From: a virus | Lineage: Duplodnaviria; Caudoviricetes | Virus record (IMG/VR): IMGVR_UViG_3300037125_000004 | Coordinates: 1-46,889 of that record | DNA: 46,889 bases | Reading direction: 5' to 3' (one strand) | Part shown: one piece after another, positions 35,934 to 45,588 of the stretch | Layout of the letters: each line of letters opens with the position of its first letter | How positions within the stretch are numbered: the stretch's first letter is position 1 | Program-made: the position numbers and the translations under genes | The notes under the pieces: model-generated | Database searches by the model: none | What the model saw: only the letters and a program-made list of their open reading frames with translations | Told to the model about the DNA's origin: nothing

Positions 35934-36143
35934 TGACACACTATGCTTGAAAGTCTTGTTTCACGCATAGTTGACATCTTGGGTTACTGGCGTTAGGGGA
36001 TATGTAAGCAAGAAGCGCAGGGGAATAGGTCTATAAAGCGGAATGGAGCCCCCCCACCATCCCAAATCGGAGTCCCGTTCCTCTGCGCCCCCCTAAATTT
36101 TAGGTATCCATTCTATAGGCGGAAGATTATATAAGGAGACAGA

Positions 36144-36311
36144 ATGAAAAACGAATCTAAAAAGACAATTAAAGACGCGCTGGACGTTCTTAGTCTAGCT
36201 TTGGCTGGACATAACCACGCTTGGACAAATAAAGAACGGTCGTTATACGAAGAAGCAATATATCTACTTGGCGAGAATGATGCACTAAATACGCATAAAC
36301 ATACACAATAG
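36144..36311 (+). CDS. Hypothetical 55-aa protein
   Basis: RBS AAGGAG; translated manually. Confidence 0.5.
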   Translation: MKNESKKTIKDALDVLSLALAGHNHAWTNKERSLYEEAIYLLGENDALNTHKHTQ

Positions 36312-36388
36312 TCACAAAATACACGGGGATATATAAAGGAACACTGCATAAACGGTGTATAACACTGAATAGAACGAAGGAGAGCAAC

Positions 36389-37195
36389 ATGATTGCCAGA
36401 ATACTAAAAAAATATGAATTTGACCTTACTGATTGCGGCCCAATGGAATTTATCGGATGTTTAGCGGGAATTCCATACATTGTTCTCGTTAAAGCTGGTT
36501 GCAATTTTTTTGCAAGTATTGTTTTTACGCTTGTTGTACATTTTAGTATTATATTTTCTATTAGCAAAATACTAGAAAAAAACGGGAAACGTCCAGTTTT
36601 TATTACTGGATCTTTTATAACTTTATTTTCAATGGGCACACTACTAAACATTGGATTAGGAATAGCACGATTTTATGATTCAGCAATAGAACAAAATTTA
36701 GCCATTGTAAATGGAATTTTATTATGGGAATCTATCATTGCAGTATCTATTGTTAGTTTAATACATCTTTATATTTATATTAGCACAAGAATAAATAAAT
36801 TGCTTAATGAAACAATTATAAAAAACACAGAAAATAACATATTAATAAAATCGAAAAACATAAACAACAAATTAACAAACAAAAAGTTTAAAGGAATTTT
36901 TGACCTTGCAAAAGAAATATTAGAAAACATAGACGAAAACAACATAAAAATTGCGAATCGATTTTTGAATTATTATCTTCCGTTGGCTGAAAAACTAGAA
37001 CAAAAATATATTAAATATATAGATGTTTTTACGCCAGGAGCACAAGAAACGCTAATTAAAATTGAACAAACTTTGCCGATAATACAAAAAACGTTTGAGC
37101 ACGTATTGCAACATATTCAAGAACCTGATTATATGGATATAGATGCTGAACTAAAGGTATTGAAACAAATATCATTTGCGGAAGGTGGGAAATAA
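36389..37195 (+). CDS. Membrane protein with C-terminal XpaC-like domain
   Basis: About four TM helices, then RFLNYYLP...DIDAELKVL; very AT-rich. Confidence 0.7.
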   Translation: MIARILKKYEFDLTDCGPMEFIGCLAGIPYIVLVKAGCNFFASIVFTLVVHFSIIFSISKILEKNGKRPVFITGSFITLFSMGTLLNIGLGIARFYDSAIEQNLAIVNGILLWESIIAVSIVSLIHLYIYISTRINKLLNETIIKNTENNILIKSKNINNKLTNKKFKGIFDLAKEILENIDENNIKIANRFLNYYLPLAEKLEQKYIKYIDVFTPGAQETLIKIEQTLPIIQKTFEHVLQHIQEPDYMDIDAELKVLKQISFAEGGK

Positions 37196-37308
37196 ATGTT
37201 GTGGGGGTTTTTAACGGGCGCAGGGATTTTATTGGCATATGAAATTATTGTGATTATTATTGAAAAACGCAATGAACGGAGGCAGAGCCACTAGATGACC
37301 ATTAATGA

Positions 37309-38859
37309 TTGCTAGAAGAACTATCACGAAAAGAGCGCGAAGAACTTGCTTTGCTGCTGGAAGAAAAAGAACGGCGCAGAGAACAAGAAGCTATACGCTA
37401 TTACAATAAAGAAAAACGACATGAAAAGCAGATTGCTTTCCATAAGTCGCCTAAACGAATCCGGGCATTGTTCGGAGGCAACCGCACAGGCAAAACGGTT
37501 GGCGGATCCGTAGAGGGCGTGTGGTACGCAACCGGCGAACATCCGTATAAAAAAGACATTAAGCCATATATAAACCGTCCAAACAGAGGATGGGTTGTCT
37601 CATTGACAAACGAAGTCCAGCGTGACGTTGCACAGAAAGAAATTCTAAAATGGTTGCGACCCGATCAGATTCACGATGTAGTCATGAGAGTGGGCGCAAA
37701 AACAGACTACGAACATGGAATTATTGACTTGTTGATGGTCAAGCATATTTCCGGTGGGATATCAACGATAGGATTCAAAACAGTCGAGCAGGGCCGGGAA
37801 AAGTTTCAAGGTACAAGCCAGCACTGGATATGGGCCGACGAAGAAATACCAAAAGAAATATATGACGAATGCTTAATGAGACTGTTAGATACCCAGGGTG
37901 ATTTTTGGACAACCATGACACCGTTGAAAGGGCTGACGTGGACATATGAAGTCATATATGAAAACAGAAACGCTAACCCGGAAGTCCAATACTGGCAAAT
38001 GCAATGGTCGGACAACCCGTTTTTAACGCAATCAGAAATCAAATATCTGGAATCAACGTTGACGGAAGAAGAGCGCGAGGCACGACAATATGGCAGATTT
38101 GTAGCTTTATCGGGATTGGTTTACCCTGAATTTAGACAAGAAATTCATGTGATTGATCCGTTTCCGGTTCCTCATGGATGGTACGATAAAATATCAATCG
38201 ATCCTGGATTAACTGCTCCATTGTCATGTCATTGGTATGCATGCGACGATGAAGCCAACATCTACGCAATAGCAGAGCATTATGTTAAAGAAAAAAAAGT
38301 AGAATGGCACGCTGAACAAATTATAAAAAAATCTCAAGAATTGGATTGGCCATTTACTCAAAGCGGTAAACTATTAGCGGTAATGGATAGTGCCGCCACA
38401 CAAAATACGATTAACGCAGAACAAACTACAGCAGAGTTGTTTACACAGCACGGTATTGTACCTCAATTTGTAAACAAAAACGTGTGGGTAGGCATACAAA
38501 GGATGAAACAATATTTAACTCTAAGAGAACTGCCAAACGGTCACCCAGAGAAAGCAAAATACTCAAAAGGCAAACCTAAGTTTTTTATTACAACCGATTG
38601 TCCTAAAATGATCTGGGAAATGAAAAAATATCGGTGGGAAGAACCGCGAGACGGGGAACCTGTTGAACGACCAAAAAAGAAAAACGATCACGCTATGGAT
38701 GACGCTAGATACTACGTAATGTCACGGCCAAGCCCATTTGAAGCAGAAAAAGAACGGCTAAAAGGATGTTACCTAAGGTCAGAACTTATAGACAAAGGAT
38801 TTACGAATTATCAAATAAAACAAATGATTGAAAGAGGCGAGGTGAATTTAATCGGATGA
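37309..38859 (+). CDS. terL: Terminase large subunit (P22 gp2-like)
   Basis: LFGGNRTGKT Walker A, WADEE Walker B, TMTPLKG, SIDPG, NDHAMDDARY. Confidence 0.95.
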   Translation: MLEELSRKEREELALLLEEKERRREQEAIRYYNKEKRHEKQIAFHKSPKRIRALFGGNRTGKTVGGSVEGVWYATGEHPYKKDIKPYINRPNRGWVVSLTNEVQRDVAQKEILKWLRPDQIHDVVMRVGAKTDYEHGIIDLLMVKHISGGISTIGFKTVEQGREKFQGTSQHWIWADEEIPKEIYDECLMRLLDTQGDFWTTMTPLKGLTWTYEVIYENRNANPEVQYWQMQWSDNPFLTQSEIKYLESTLTEEEREARQYGRFVALSGLVYPEFRQEIHVIDPFPVPHGWYDKISIDPGLTAPLSCHWYACDDEANIYAIAEHYVKEKKVEWHAEQIIKKSQELDWPFTQSGKLLAVMDSAATQNTINAEQTTAELFTQHGIVPQFVNKNVWVGIQRMKQYLTLRELPNGHPEKAKYSKGKPKFFITTDCPKMIWEMKKYRWEEPRDGEPVERPKKKNDHAMDDARYYVMSRPSPFEAEKERLKGCYLRSELIDKGFTNYQIKQMIERGEVNLIG

Positions 38860-39770
38860 TTAAATGTGATGATACAGATTATGTGGGCTGGAAAGATATG
38901 AGTTTAGACGTACCATATACCGTTTTAATTGCGTCGCTAAACAAAAAATACTCATATGAAGATTTGCGCTATAAAGATGCGTATGTGGACCAGTATTATG
39001 ATTTAATTATTTCTTGCACTACAGGCACGAACCACATTGACAACCGAGACATACCTCTTTTGAAGCTGGAACCAGAGGATTGTAAAGATATATATTCTAC
39101 CGCCGAACACACCATAGGATTGATGCTTGCGCTTTTAAGAAACACAGTACAATCCTGTGGGGACACAGAAGAAAACAGAGACAAATACATAGGCCACACT
39201 CTCCATGGCAAGATATTGGGGATTGTGGGATACGGACGATTGGGAAAGATGGTTGCCAAATATGCGAAGTGTTTCGGTATGAAGATTCTAACCCACGATA
39301 AAACCGACCCAGACCAGAACTTAGAAGATTTACTAAGACATTCAGACATTGTAACATGTCATTTAAAATTAACCAGGGACACACGGCATTTTTTCTCATA
39401 CAACGAATTTGAACTCATAAACGGATGGTTTATTAATACGTCGAGAGGTGAAATCGTTAACACTGAAGCGTTGGCCGAAGCACTGGAAAACGGAAATGTC
39501 AAAGGCGCATCCTTAGATGTGGTGGACAAACCGGAGTTACTTATAAAGCCAAAAATATATTATCCAATTGGAAATGACGCAATGGTAGAACCTAAGTACG
39601 CCGCTATATATCATGCAGATACGTCAATGGAAATGAAATATATTGGCCCATATTTTACAGAAAATCTTATCATTACTCCCCACATAGGGGGTAACACAAT
39701 AGAAGATCGCAAAGCAACCCAAGAAATCATGAAAAGAAAGTTGATTAAATGGTTGGAAGTTTTTAAATAA
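38856..39770 (+). CDS. D-isomer-specific 2-hydroxyacid dehydrogenase (SerA-like)
   Basis: STAEHT, GIVGYGRLG, INTSRGE, LDV, ITPHIGG. Confidence 0.88.
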   Translation: MIKCDDTDYVGWKDMSLDVPYTVLIASLNKKYSYEDLRYKDAYVDQYYDLIISCTTGTNHIDNRDIPLLKLEPEDCKDIYSTAEHTIGLMLALLRNTVQSCGDTEENRDKYIGHTLHGKILGIVGYGRLGKMVAKYAKCFGMKILTHDKTDPDQNLEDLLRHSDIVTCHLKLTRDTRHFFSYNEFELINGWFINTSRGEIVNTEALAEALENGNVKGASLDVVDKPELLIKPKIYYPIGNDAMVEPKYAAIYHADTSMEMKYIGPYFTENLIITPHIGGNTIEDRKATQEIMKRKLIKWLEVFK

Positions 39771-39785
39771 AAAGGAGATTGCAAA

Positions 39786-40079
39786 ATGAAAGTTTTATTA
39801 AAAATAACAATGTTTATGCACACGAAAGCATGTACAATAATTTGGCTTTTACTGTCAATTGGCCTTCCAATGTTGGGCGGCATATTGCGTCAACACAGAA
39901 CAATATCGGTTATTTTAGCTTTAATGGGACTTTTTAATTTTTTGTTTGCTGGAATTGTAGAAAAACTTTTGGAAGATATAATAGAAAAATACGTATATAA
40001 ATCAAACAATACAGAAATCAAAGAATTAGTTGATATTTGGGCATATAATCGGGCTTCGTGGGAAGATACATATATTTAG
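39786..40079 (+). CDS. 2-TM membrane protein
   Basis: RBS AAGGAG; hydrophobic segments. Confidence 0.55.
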   Translation: MKVLLKITMFMHTKACTIIWLLLSIGLPMLGGILRQHRTISVILALMGLFNFLFAGIVEKLLEDIIEKYVYKSNNTEIKELVDIWAYNRASWEDTYI

Positions 40080-40109
40080 GAGGAAGAGTTTCTTGAAAAC
40101 CACAAGTGA

Positions 40110-40895
40110 ATGAAAATCATAGCCGAATGTTGTGCTAATCATAATGGCGACAAAAAAATCATAAAAAAAATGATTAAAACAGCCGCAGATGCTGGGGCCG
40201 ATGTTGTCAAGTTTCAGTCTTTTAAGGCCGACAAGTTAGTAGACAAAACAAACTACGACTACTACAAAGCCCGTGAACTATCGTATAAAGACCACGAAAA
40301 CATAATGGGCTGGTGTGCTCAAAGCCATGTTGGATTTTTGACGACTGTGTTTGACTTAGATATTGTTTATGAATTGGGCAAGCTGGGCATTAAGCGTGTG
40401 AAGATCGGATCGGCAGATTGCAACTCGTGGAAATTAATTGATAGGTGCCTTTCCATGTTTGAGCATGTATATATCTCAACGGGGATGCACTCGACGGAAG
40501 AACGGCTTGAACTCGTCAAAAGATTAAACAAATGGAACGCCAAACATGTAACCCTAATGCATTGTGTTTCGTTGTATCCGTGTCCCTTAGATAAACTGAA
40601 TCTTATAAACTTGGGCTTTTTGCATAGCTTGTGGCCAAGCATAGGTCTTTCGGATCACTCTCAAGGAACAGCCGCAGCAAAGTTTGTGGTAGCTAGCGGA
40701 ATAGACTGTCTAGAAAAACATTTTACCATCGATCCCACCATGGAAGGAAAAGACCAAAAGTTTGCCATGACACCGTTTGAACTAAAAGAAATATGCGATT
40801 GGCGAGACACAGTCCGAACTATGATGTGCGGAGAAGATCAATACCCCGATTTTCAATCAAGAAAGTATATAGGGAAATGGGGGAATAACAAATGA
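40110..40895 (+). CDS. neuB: N-acetylneuraminate/nonulosonate synthase (NeuB family, TIM barrel only)
   Basis: IIAE..ANHNGD, VKFQ, KIGS, ISTGM, HCVSLYP, GLSDH, LEKHFT. Confidence 0.93.
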   Translation: MKIIAECCANHNGDKKIIKKMIKTAADAGADVVKFQSFKADKLVDKTNYDYYKARELSYKDHENIMGWCAQSHVGFLTTVFDLDIVYELGKLGIKRVKIGSADCNSWKLIDRCLSMFEHVYISTGMHSTEERLELVKRLNKWNAKHVTLMHCVSLYPCPLDKLNLINLGFLHSLWPSIGLSDHSQGTAAAKFVVASGIDCLEKHFTIDPTMEGKDQKFAMTPFELKEICDWRDTVRTMMCGEDQYPDFQSRKYIGKWGNNK

Positions 40896-41869
40896 AACTA
40901 TGCGTTGCGATAGGCTCTAGGGCAAACTGGGGCCGGTTGAAAAGCGTTTGTGAATTTGCCCAGGACTATATGGACATTGAAAAGCTGGTGTTTTGTACTG
41001 GAATAGATCACACAGACGGGTATACGCTGAAAAACTATGTGGGCGGGAATGATCCAATCAACATGGTTTTGACTGATTCTTTGATATACTCACAGGTTGG
41101 AAACGCTTTAGAACACATTAAGCCTGATGTTGTTTTGGTGCATGGCGATAGATACGAAGTCTTACCCATAGCAGTTACGGCAATGTACATGAAAATCAAA
41201 GTTGCTCACACAGAAGGCGGAGAAACAACAGGATGCATTGACAATAAAATTCGCAATATGATCACGGCCGCAGCAGACATACATTTTCCCGTAACTGAAA
41301 AAGCTGCATCAAGAATACGAAATGCAGTAGAAAAAACAAACATTATAACAGCAGTAGGGTCCACTGCTTTAGATTGGATAAACAGAGAACAAATAAAGCC
41401 GGAAAACTATACCCTTGTCTTGCTTCATCCGGAAACATTGATAAGCGAAAACATTAATGAATTTTTTGCAGCAATAGAAGAGTTGCCTTGTCCTATTTTC
41501 ATTAATCCCAATACGGACGCTGGGAACGTAGATGTATCAAAAGAAATACACGCGAGAGAATTTACCATGATAAAACATCAATCACCCGAACAATATATTG
41601 AACTGATGCGGAAATGTTCGTTATTAATTGGAAATACTTCATCTGGCATAAAAGAAGGGTCTTATCTGGGCATTCCCTATGTGTGCGTGGGAAATCGTCA
41701 AGCTGGACGGGAAAAGGACAAAAACGTCATAGAAGTCCCTATGAAGAAAAAAGACATTTTGGACGCAGCGGATAAACTTTACGGAAAACGATTTGCACCA
41801 TCTAACAAATTCGGTGATGGACATGCAGCAGAAAGGATAGTGAAAACTTTACTATGCGAAAACAATTAA
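40892..41869 (+). CDS. neuC: Hydrolysing UDP-GlcNAc 2-epimerase (NeuC/LegG family)
   Basis: GSRANWG, HGDRYE, AHTEGGE, IGNTSSGIKE, VGNRQAGR, FGDGHAAERI. Confidence 0.93.
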   Translation: MKLCVAIGSRANWGRLKSVCEFAQDYMDIEKLVFCTGIDHTDGYTLKNYVGGNDPINMVLTDSLIYSQVGNALEHIKPDVVLVHGDRYEVLPIAVTAMYMKIKVAHTEGGETTGCIDNKIRNMITAAADIHFPVTEKAASRIRNAVEKTNIITAVGSTALDWINREQIKPENYTLVLLHPETLISENINEFFAAIEELPCPIFINPNTDAGNVDVSKEIHAREFTMIKHQSPEQYIELMRKCSLLIGNTSSGIKEGSYLGIPYVCVGNRQAGREKDKNVIEVPMKKKDILDAADKLYGKRFAPSNKFGDGHAAERIVKTLLCENN

Positions 41870-42042
41870 GATGCCCTTTTGACGGTAGACGCTTATTGGA
41901 TTACAACGAAGATTTTACTTTTGAGTTTATCCCAGGATCAACCGAGGGGTACACGAGAACGATAGAAGTTGCCTGTCCAACCTGTCGCCAAAAAAGACAC
42001 GGCAGACATATTTTAAAGTTTGGAGAGCCGATACATGATTGA
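41854..42042 (+). CDS. Com-like zinc-ribbon peptide
   Basis: LRCPFDGRRLL...IEVACPTC. Confidence 0.5.
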   Translation: MRKQLRCPFDGRRLLDYNEDFTFEFIPGSTEGYTRTIEVACPTCRQKRHGRHILKFGEPIHD

Positions 42043-42742
42043 TTTAGCTATTATTCCCGCTAGAGCAGGATCAAAGAGAGTGCCGGGTAAAAACACTCGG
42101 TTGTTATGCGGAAAACCTCTCATTCAGTGGACGGTAGAAGCGGTGGAACAGTCACAGTATATAAAAGACTATGTAATATCAACAAATATACCATTTGTGC
42201 TTGACACATACGAAAAAATAATGGAACGTCCCGAGCGGTTATGTGGCGATGATGTGCCCATGGCAGAAATTATTAAAGACGTTTTACTTAGATACCTATA
42301 TATAAAATTTTTTAACGGCGAACACCCGGAAAGGCCATTGAGAAACATAGTGTTGCTACAACCATCAAGCCCGATGCGAACAGGAGAAGATATCGACAAT
42401 GCTTATTTTTTAGAGAGAAAAGCAAATGAAGGACAGCCGTTCGGTGGGCGCGTACCTGTTGTTAGTGTATGTGAAACAACGGCAAAAAAACGAATGTATG
42501 CAGATGATGAAAAGCCAATGGGAGAACAGACGGCATATGATAAAGGCAAAGATAAAACATGCTATCAAAGAAACTCTGCAATATTTATTTTTCAAGCCAT
42601 TAGGTTTATTGAAACCAACCAAATTATTCACGATGATCCAATACTCTATAAAATGCCAAAATCCCGCTCAATAGACATAGACACAAAAGAAGATTGGGAC
42701 ATGGCAGAAGCGTTGATGAAAGCAAAACTAGCAAAAACATAA
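42035..42742 (+). CDS. neuA: CMP-N-acylneuraminate synthetase (NeuA family)
   Basis: IIPARAGSKRVPGKN, LLQPSSPMR, YQRNSAIFI, SIDIDTKEDW. Confidence 0.93.
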   Translation: MIDLAIIPARAGSKRVPGKNTRLLCGKPLIQWTVEAVEQSQYIKDYVISTNIPFVLDTYEKIMERPERLCGDDVPMAEIIKDVLLRYLYIKFFNGEHPERPLRNIVLLQPSSPMRTGEDIDNAYFLERKANEGQPFGGRVPVVSVCETTAKKRMYADDEKPMGEQTAYDKGKDKTCYQRNSAIFIFQAIRFIETNQIIHDDPILYKMPKSRSIDIDTKEDWDMAEALMKAKLAKT

Positions 42743-42838
42743 TCATTTTATGTACGATTTATGTATTACTATTGACATTTATATCGGAATATGAAACTGT
42801 AAAAGAGGAAAAAACTAAACAGAGGTTTTAAACTGAAT

Positions 42839-43000
42839 ATGTTAATGATTTTAGGAGCAACTATTTTGATTGCCGGGTTTATACCCGGCTTTTTTATTGG
42901 ACGGATGCACCGCAAGAAACCGTCTGTGGATAAGTATGGAAAATACAAAAACGAAGATGGACTCTACACGGGAAAACGGGTGAAAGATGGACGAAATTAA
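42839..43000 (+). CDS. Small N-terminally hydrophobic peptide overlapping a terminator-like hairpin (42872-42897)
   Basis: Translated manually (MLMILGATILIAGFIPGFFIG...), 53 aa; GCCGGGT-TTAT-ACCCGGC-T7. Confidence 0.4.
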   Translation: MLMILGATILIAGFIPGFFIGRMHRKKPSVDKYGKYKNEDGLYTGKRVKDGRN

Positions 43001-44786
43001 AAGCACACGCGATGAATACATGACAGAAGAAGAAATGCAAATGGTTGACGATTATCTCAACCAGATAGAAGAGTCTCGTTCTTTAATGGATCCCCACTAT
43101 ACACAATGGGAAAAAATAGACGAAGTATATTCCTGCGATCAAGAGTTAGAAACAGATCAACCCAACACACGAGCAAACATAGTTAACGCAAACATAGAGG
43201 GTCAGGTAGCTATGATCATGGCGGCTCCCATAGATTGCATTGCGGAAGGACAAACGCCATCGGACAAGCCATTTGAGGACGTAACGCAAGCCGCTTGCGA
43301 ATGGGTATTACAACAAAACAACATTAAATTATTAATAGAGCATCATGAACGACGCAGATGCAAGTTCGGACCGGGAACATTTAAAATTACATTTGATCCC
43401 ACATGGAAAAACAACTTTGGGCTTCCCGTGTTTTCCGTAGTTCCTCCAAATCGGTTTTTTGTGGATTCCAGCATAACATCACCCCTAGATTTTTGCCGTG
43501 CAGAACACATGGGCGAAGAATTTTTCTATCCTGATTCATGGTTTAAGAAACAGAAACGATTTAACGAAGAAGCTGTAAAAAATTTGAGAAGCGGCGATGA
43601 CGATAGATCTCCAATATGGAACACACAATATACAACACAAGATAAGCAAAAAATGATTCGGTATTTGCAAATATGGAGATTTGAAAACGGAAATTTGCAA
43701 TTACTTGAATTTACTGGAAACGGTGTGCTGCTTTATAAATCTGATTCAAGCAAGCCGTATTATAAGTACAACAAATATCCGTATTTCTTTACGCCTAATT
43801 ACGTAAAAGAAGGAGATTTGTGGGGATTTGGCGACGGTAAACTATTGGTTCCACTCCAGGAAACAATCAACAAACTGTACGACCAGATTATGAAAGCCGC
43901 CAAACCAAACAAATTCTTGATTGATCCTGCGTCGGAAATAGACCCGGAAAGTTTCAATGATGACGAAACCAACGTTGCTCCGTGCAACAACCCAAACCAA
44001 AACGTCAGACAAGTAGAAATGGGTCGCGTTAATGCAAATTTGTGGCAACTAATAGCGTCTTTTCACACAGAAGCGCAACGAGCAACGCGATATTCCGAAT
44101 TGATGATGGGCCAGTCCTCAAAGGCTAGTACAGCGACAGAAGCGGTCATACAGCAACAACAAGGAAATTCGGCAACAGACCACAAAAAGATGATGCTGGA
44201 ACTGACATTAGGAAACATGCTGAAATATGCGTTTTCTATGATGCTAGAACATTACGACGCAGGAAAGATGTTTAGAATTGCGGGTGATCCGGTAAGGTTT
44301 GTGTGGGCTGATTTTAACAGCATGAAAAACATTCCAGTCATGGTTCCGGCAGATTCAAAATTTAAAAGTAAATGGAAAAAATCAAACGAGGACGCGCCTC
44401 CCCCTGAATTTATGGTGTTAGAAAGCAAGGGTAAAGGGCAGACGCGAGACGTTGATATCGACATAAAAGTCACCGTTGGAGATGGACTTCCGAAAAACAA
44501 ACAGTTTATCCTACAGCTCATGCAAAGTCTTGCCCCATGGGTAATAGAAGGCAAACCTGTATTAACGTGGGAAGAAGCGCGTAAATACCTGTCGGAAGAT
44601 ATAGGACTTCCCCTACAGCACAATGATTACGCTGGGCAGCAGATAGACCAATCACAGGAACAAACCTTACAGCGTGAAATGCAGCTACAGCAAGCCGGTG
44701 CGCCAGAAGCAACAGCCGGTATGGCAGAAGGTGGACCTTCTTTATCGGATTTACCCGGAAGGGCATTAAGTAGGGCTGGAAGATGA
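42987..44786 (+). CDS. Portal protein (P22/podovirus-like)
   Basis: 599 aa; NIVNANIE, YPYF...GFGDG, ELMMG...TATEA motifs; position after terminase. Confidence 0.85.
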   Translation: MDEIKSTRDEYMTEEEMQMVDDYLNQIEESRSLMDPHYTQWEKIDEVYSCDQELETDQPNTRANIVNANIEGQVAMIMAAPIDCIAEGQTPSDKPFEDVTQAACEWVLQQNNIKLLIEHHERRRCKFGPGTFKITFDPTWKNNFGLPVFSVVPPNRFFVDSSITSPLDFCRAEHMGEEFFYPDSWFKKQKRFNEEAVKNLRSGDDDRSPIWNTQYTTQDKQKMIRYLQIWRFENGNLQLLEFTGNGVLLYKSDSSKPYYKYNKYPYFFTPNYVKEGDLWGFGDGKLLVPLQETINKLYDQIMKAAKPNKFLIDPASEIDPESFNDDETNVAPCNNPNQNVRQVEMGRVNANLWQLIASFHTEAQRATRYSELMMGQSSKASTATEAVIQQQQGNSATDHKKMMLELTLGNMLKYAFSMMLEHYDAGKMFRIAGDPVRFVWADFNSMKNIPVMVPADSKFKSKWKKSNEDAPPPEFMVLESKGKGQTRDVDIDIKVTVGDGLPKNKQFILQLMQSLAPWVIEGKPVLTWEEARKYLSEDIGLPLQHNDYAGQQIDQSQEQTLQREMQLQQAGAPEATAGMAEGGPSLSDLPGRALSRAGR

Positions 44787-45157
44787 ACATAAAAACATCT
44801 AATCAGCTTGCCAGACAAACTATTGGTGTAAGCAAGTTTTACGAACATGCTTTGGGATATAATCCGGCAAAGGTATTTCTCAATGAAACGTATGGATACG
44901 ACATATGGGACATGCCAGTGTGTGAACGATGCGAACGCATAGCATGGTGGGATAAGGACGATTCGGCAACTTGTGGATGCGGCCACCATACAAAAAATCC
45001 TATAACCGTAGCAGAGTTTTTGGAAGGCGGATATCATCAAGGATTGTTTGATAAAACAAAGTTTGTCAATCGAAAGATAGCAACCAAGACAAGCACTGTA
45101 TACGGCGGTGAAGCTGGGCTGAAAGATGAAAACAAAAAAATAATTATAGCGAGGTAA
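44783..45157 (+). CDS. Hypothetical zinc-binding protein
   Basis: CERCE...CGCG; ATGA coupling. Confidence 0.55.
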   Translation: MNIKTSNQLARQTIGVSKFYEHALGYNPAKVFLNETYGYDIWDMPVCERCERIAWWDKDDSATCGCGHHTKNPITVAEFLEGGYHQGLFDKTKFVNRKIATKTSTVYGGEAGLKDENKKIIIAR

Positions 45158-45159
45158 AT

Positions 45160-45507
45160 ATGTTAAGGGTTTTAAATTCGACAAAAGTTGGAAAGCACAC
45201 ATATACAGTAAATGATTTAAAGCGGGTTGTTGAATTAAACCAGTATACGGATTCAACCGGGTTTTACGGCAACAGATTTAAATGGGCCGGAGAGACAGAA
45301 ACAGACGGATTGATCATGCTTATGGAAAATCAAAACGGATCATGGAACGTTATCGATATGGCCGTAACTGATTTAAATATCATTGGAGTACGAACTTTGA
45401 GGGAAATAGCAGAAGGAATGAAATACACAAACATTACGGCATTGGATAAAAAAGAGCTTATACATTTGATCGAAACGGGGGAACGTCCCCGGAAAGATAA
45501 GTCCTGA
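45160..45507 (+). CDS. Protein with C-terminal Rho-N/HeH-like domain
   Basis: VRTLREIAEGMKYTNITALDKKELIHLI. Confidence 0.6.
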   Translation: MLRVLNSTKVGKHTYTVNDLKRVVELNQYTDSTGFYGNRFKWAGETETDGLIMLMENQNGSWNVIDMAVTDLNIIGVRTLREIAEGMKYTNITALDKKELIHLIETGERPRKDKS

Positions 45508-45588
45508 ACACGACTATAAACGGTTTTATATGGTGGCACCAGTAACAGCCCGACCGAGCGGCGTAACCGACTTTTAGAGGAGGATTCC

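Noticed and set aside
38856-42742. Host capsule/LPS locus contamination
   Set aside because: Genes overlap-couple with terL and lie between terminase and portal in a closed phage circle, with no flippase or polymerase genes
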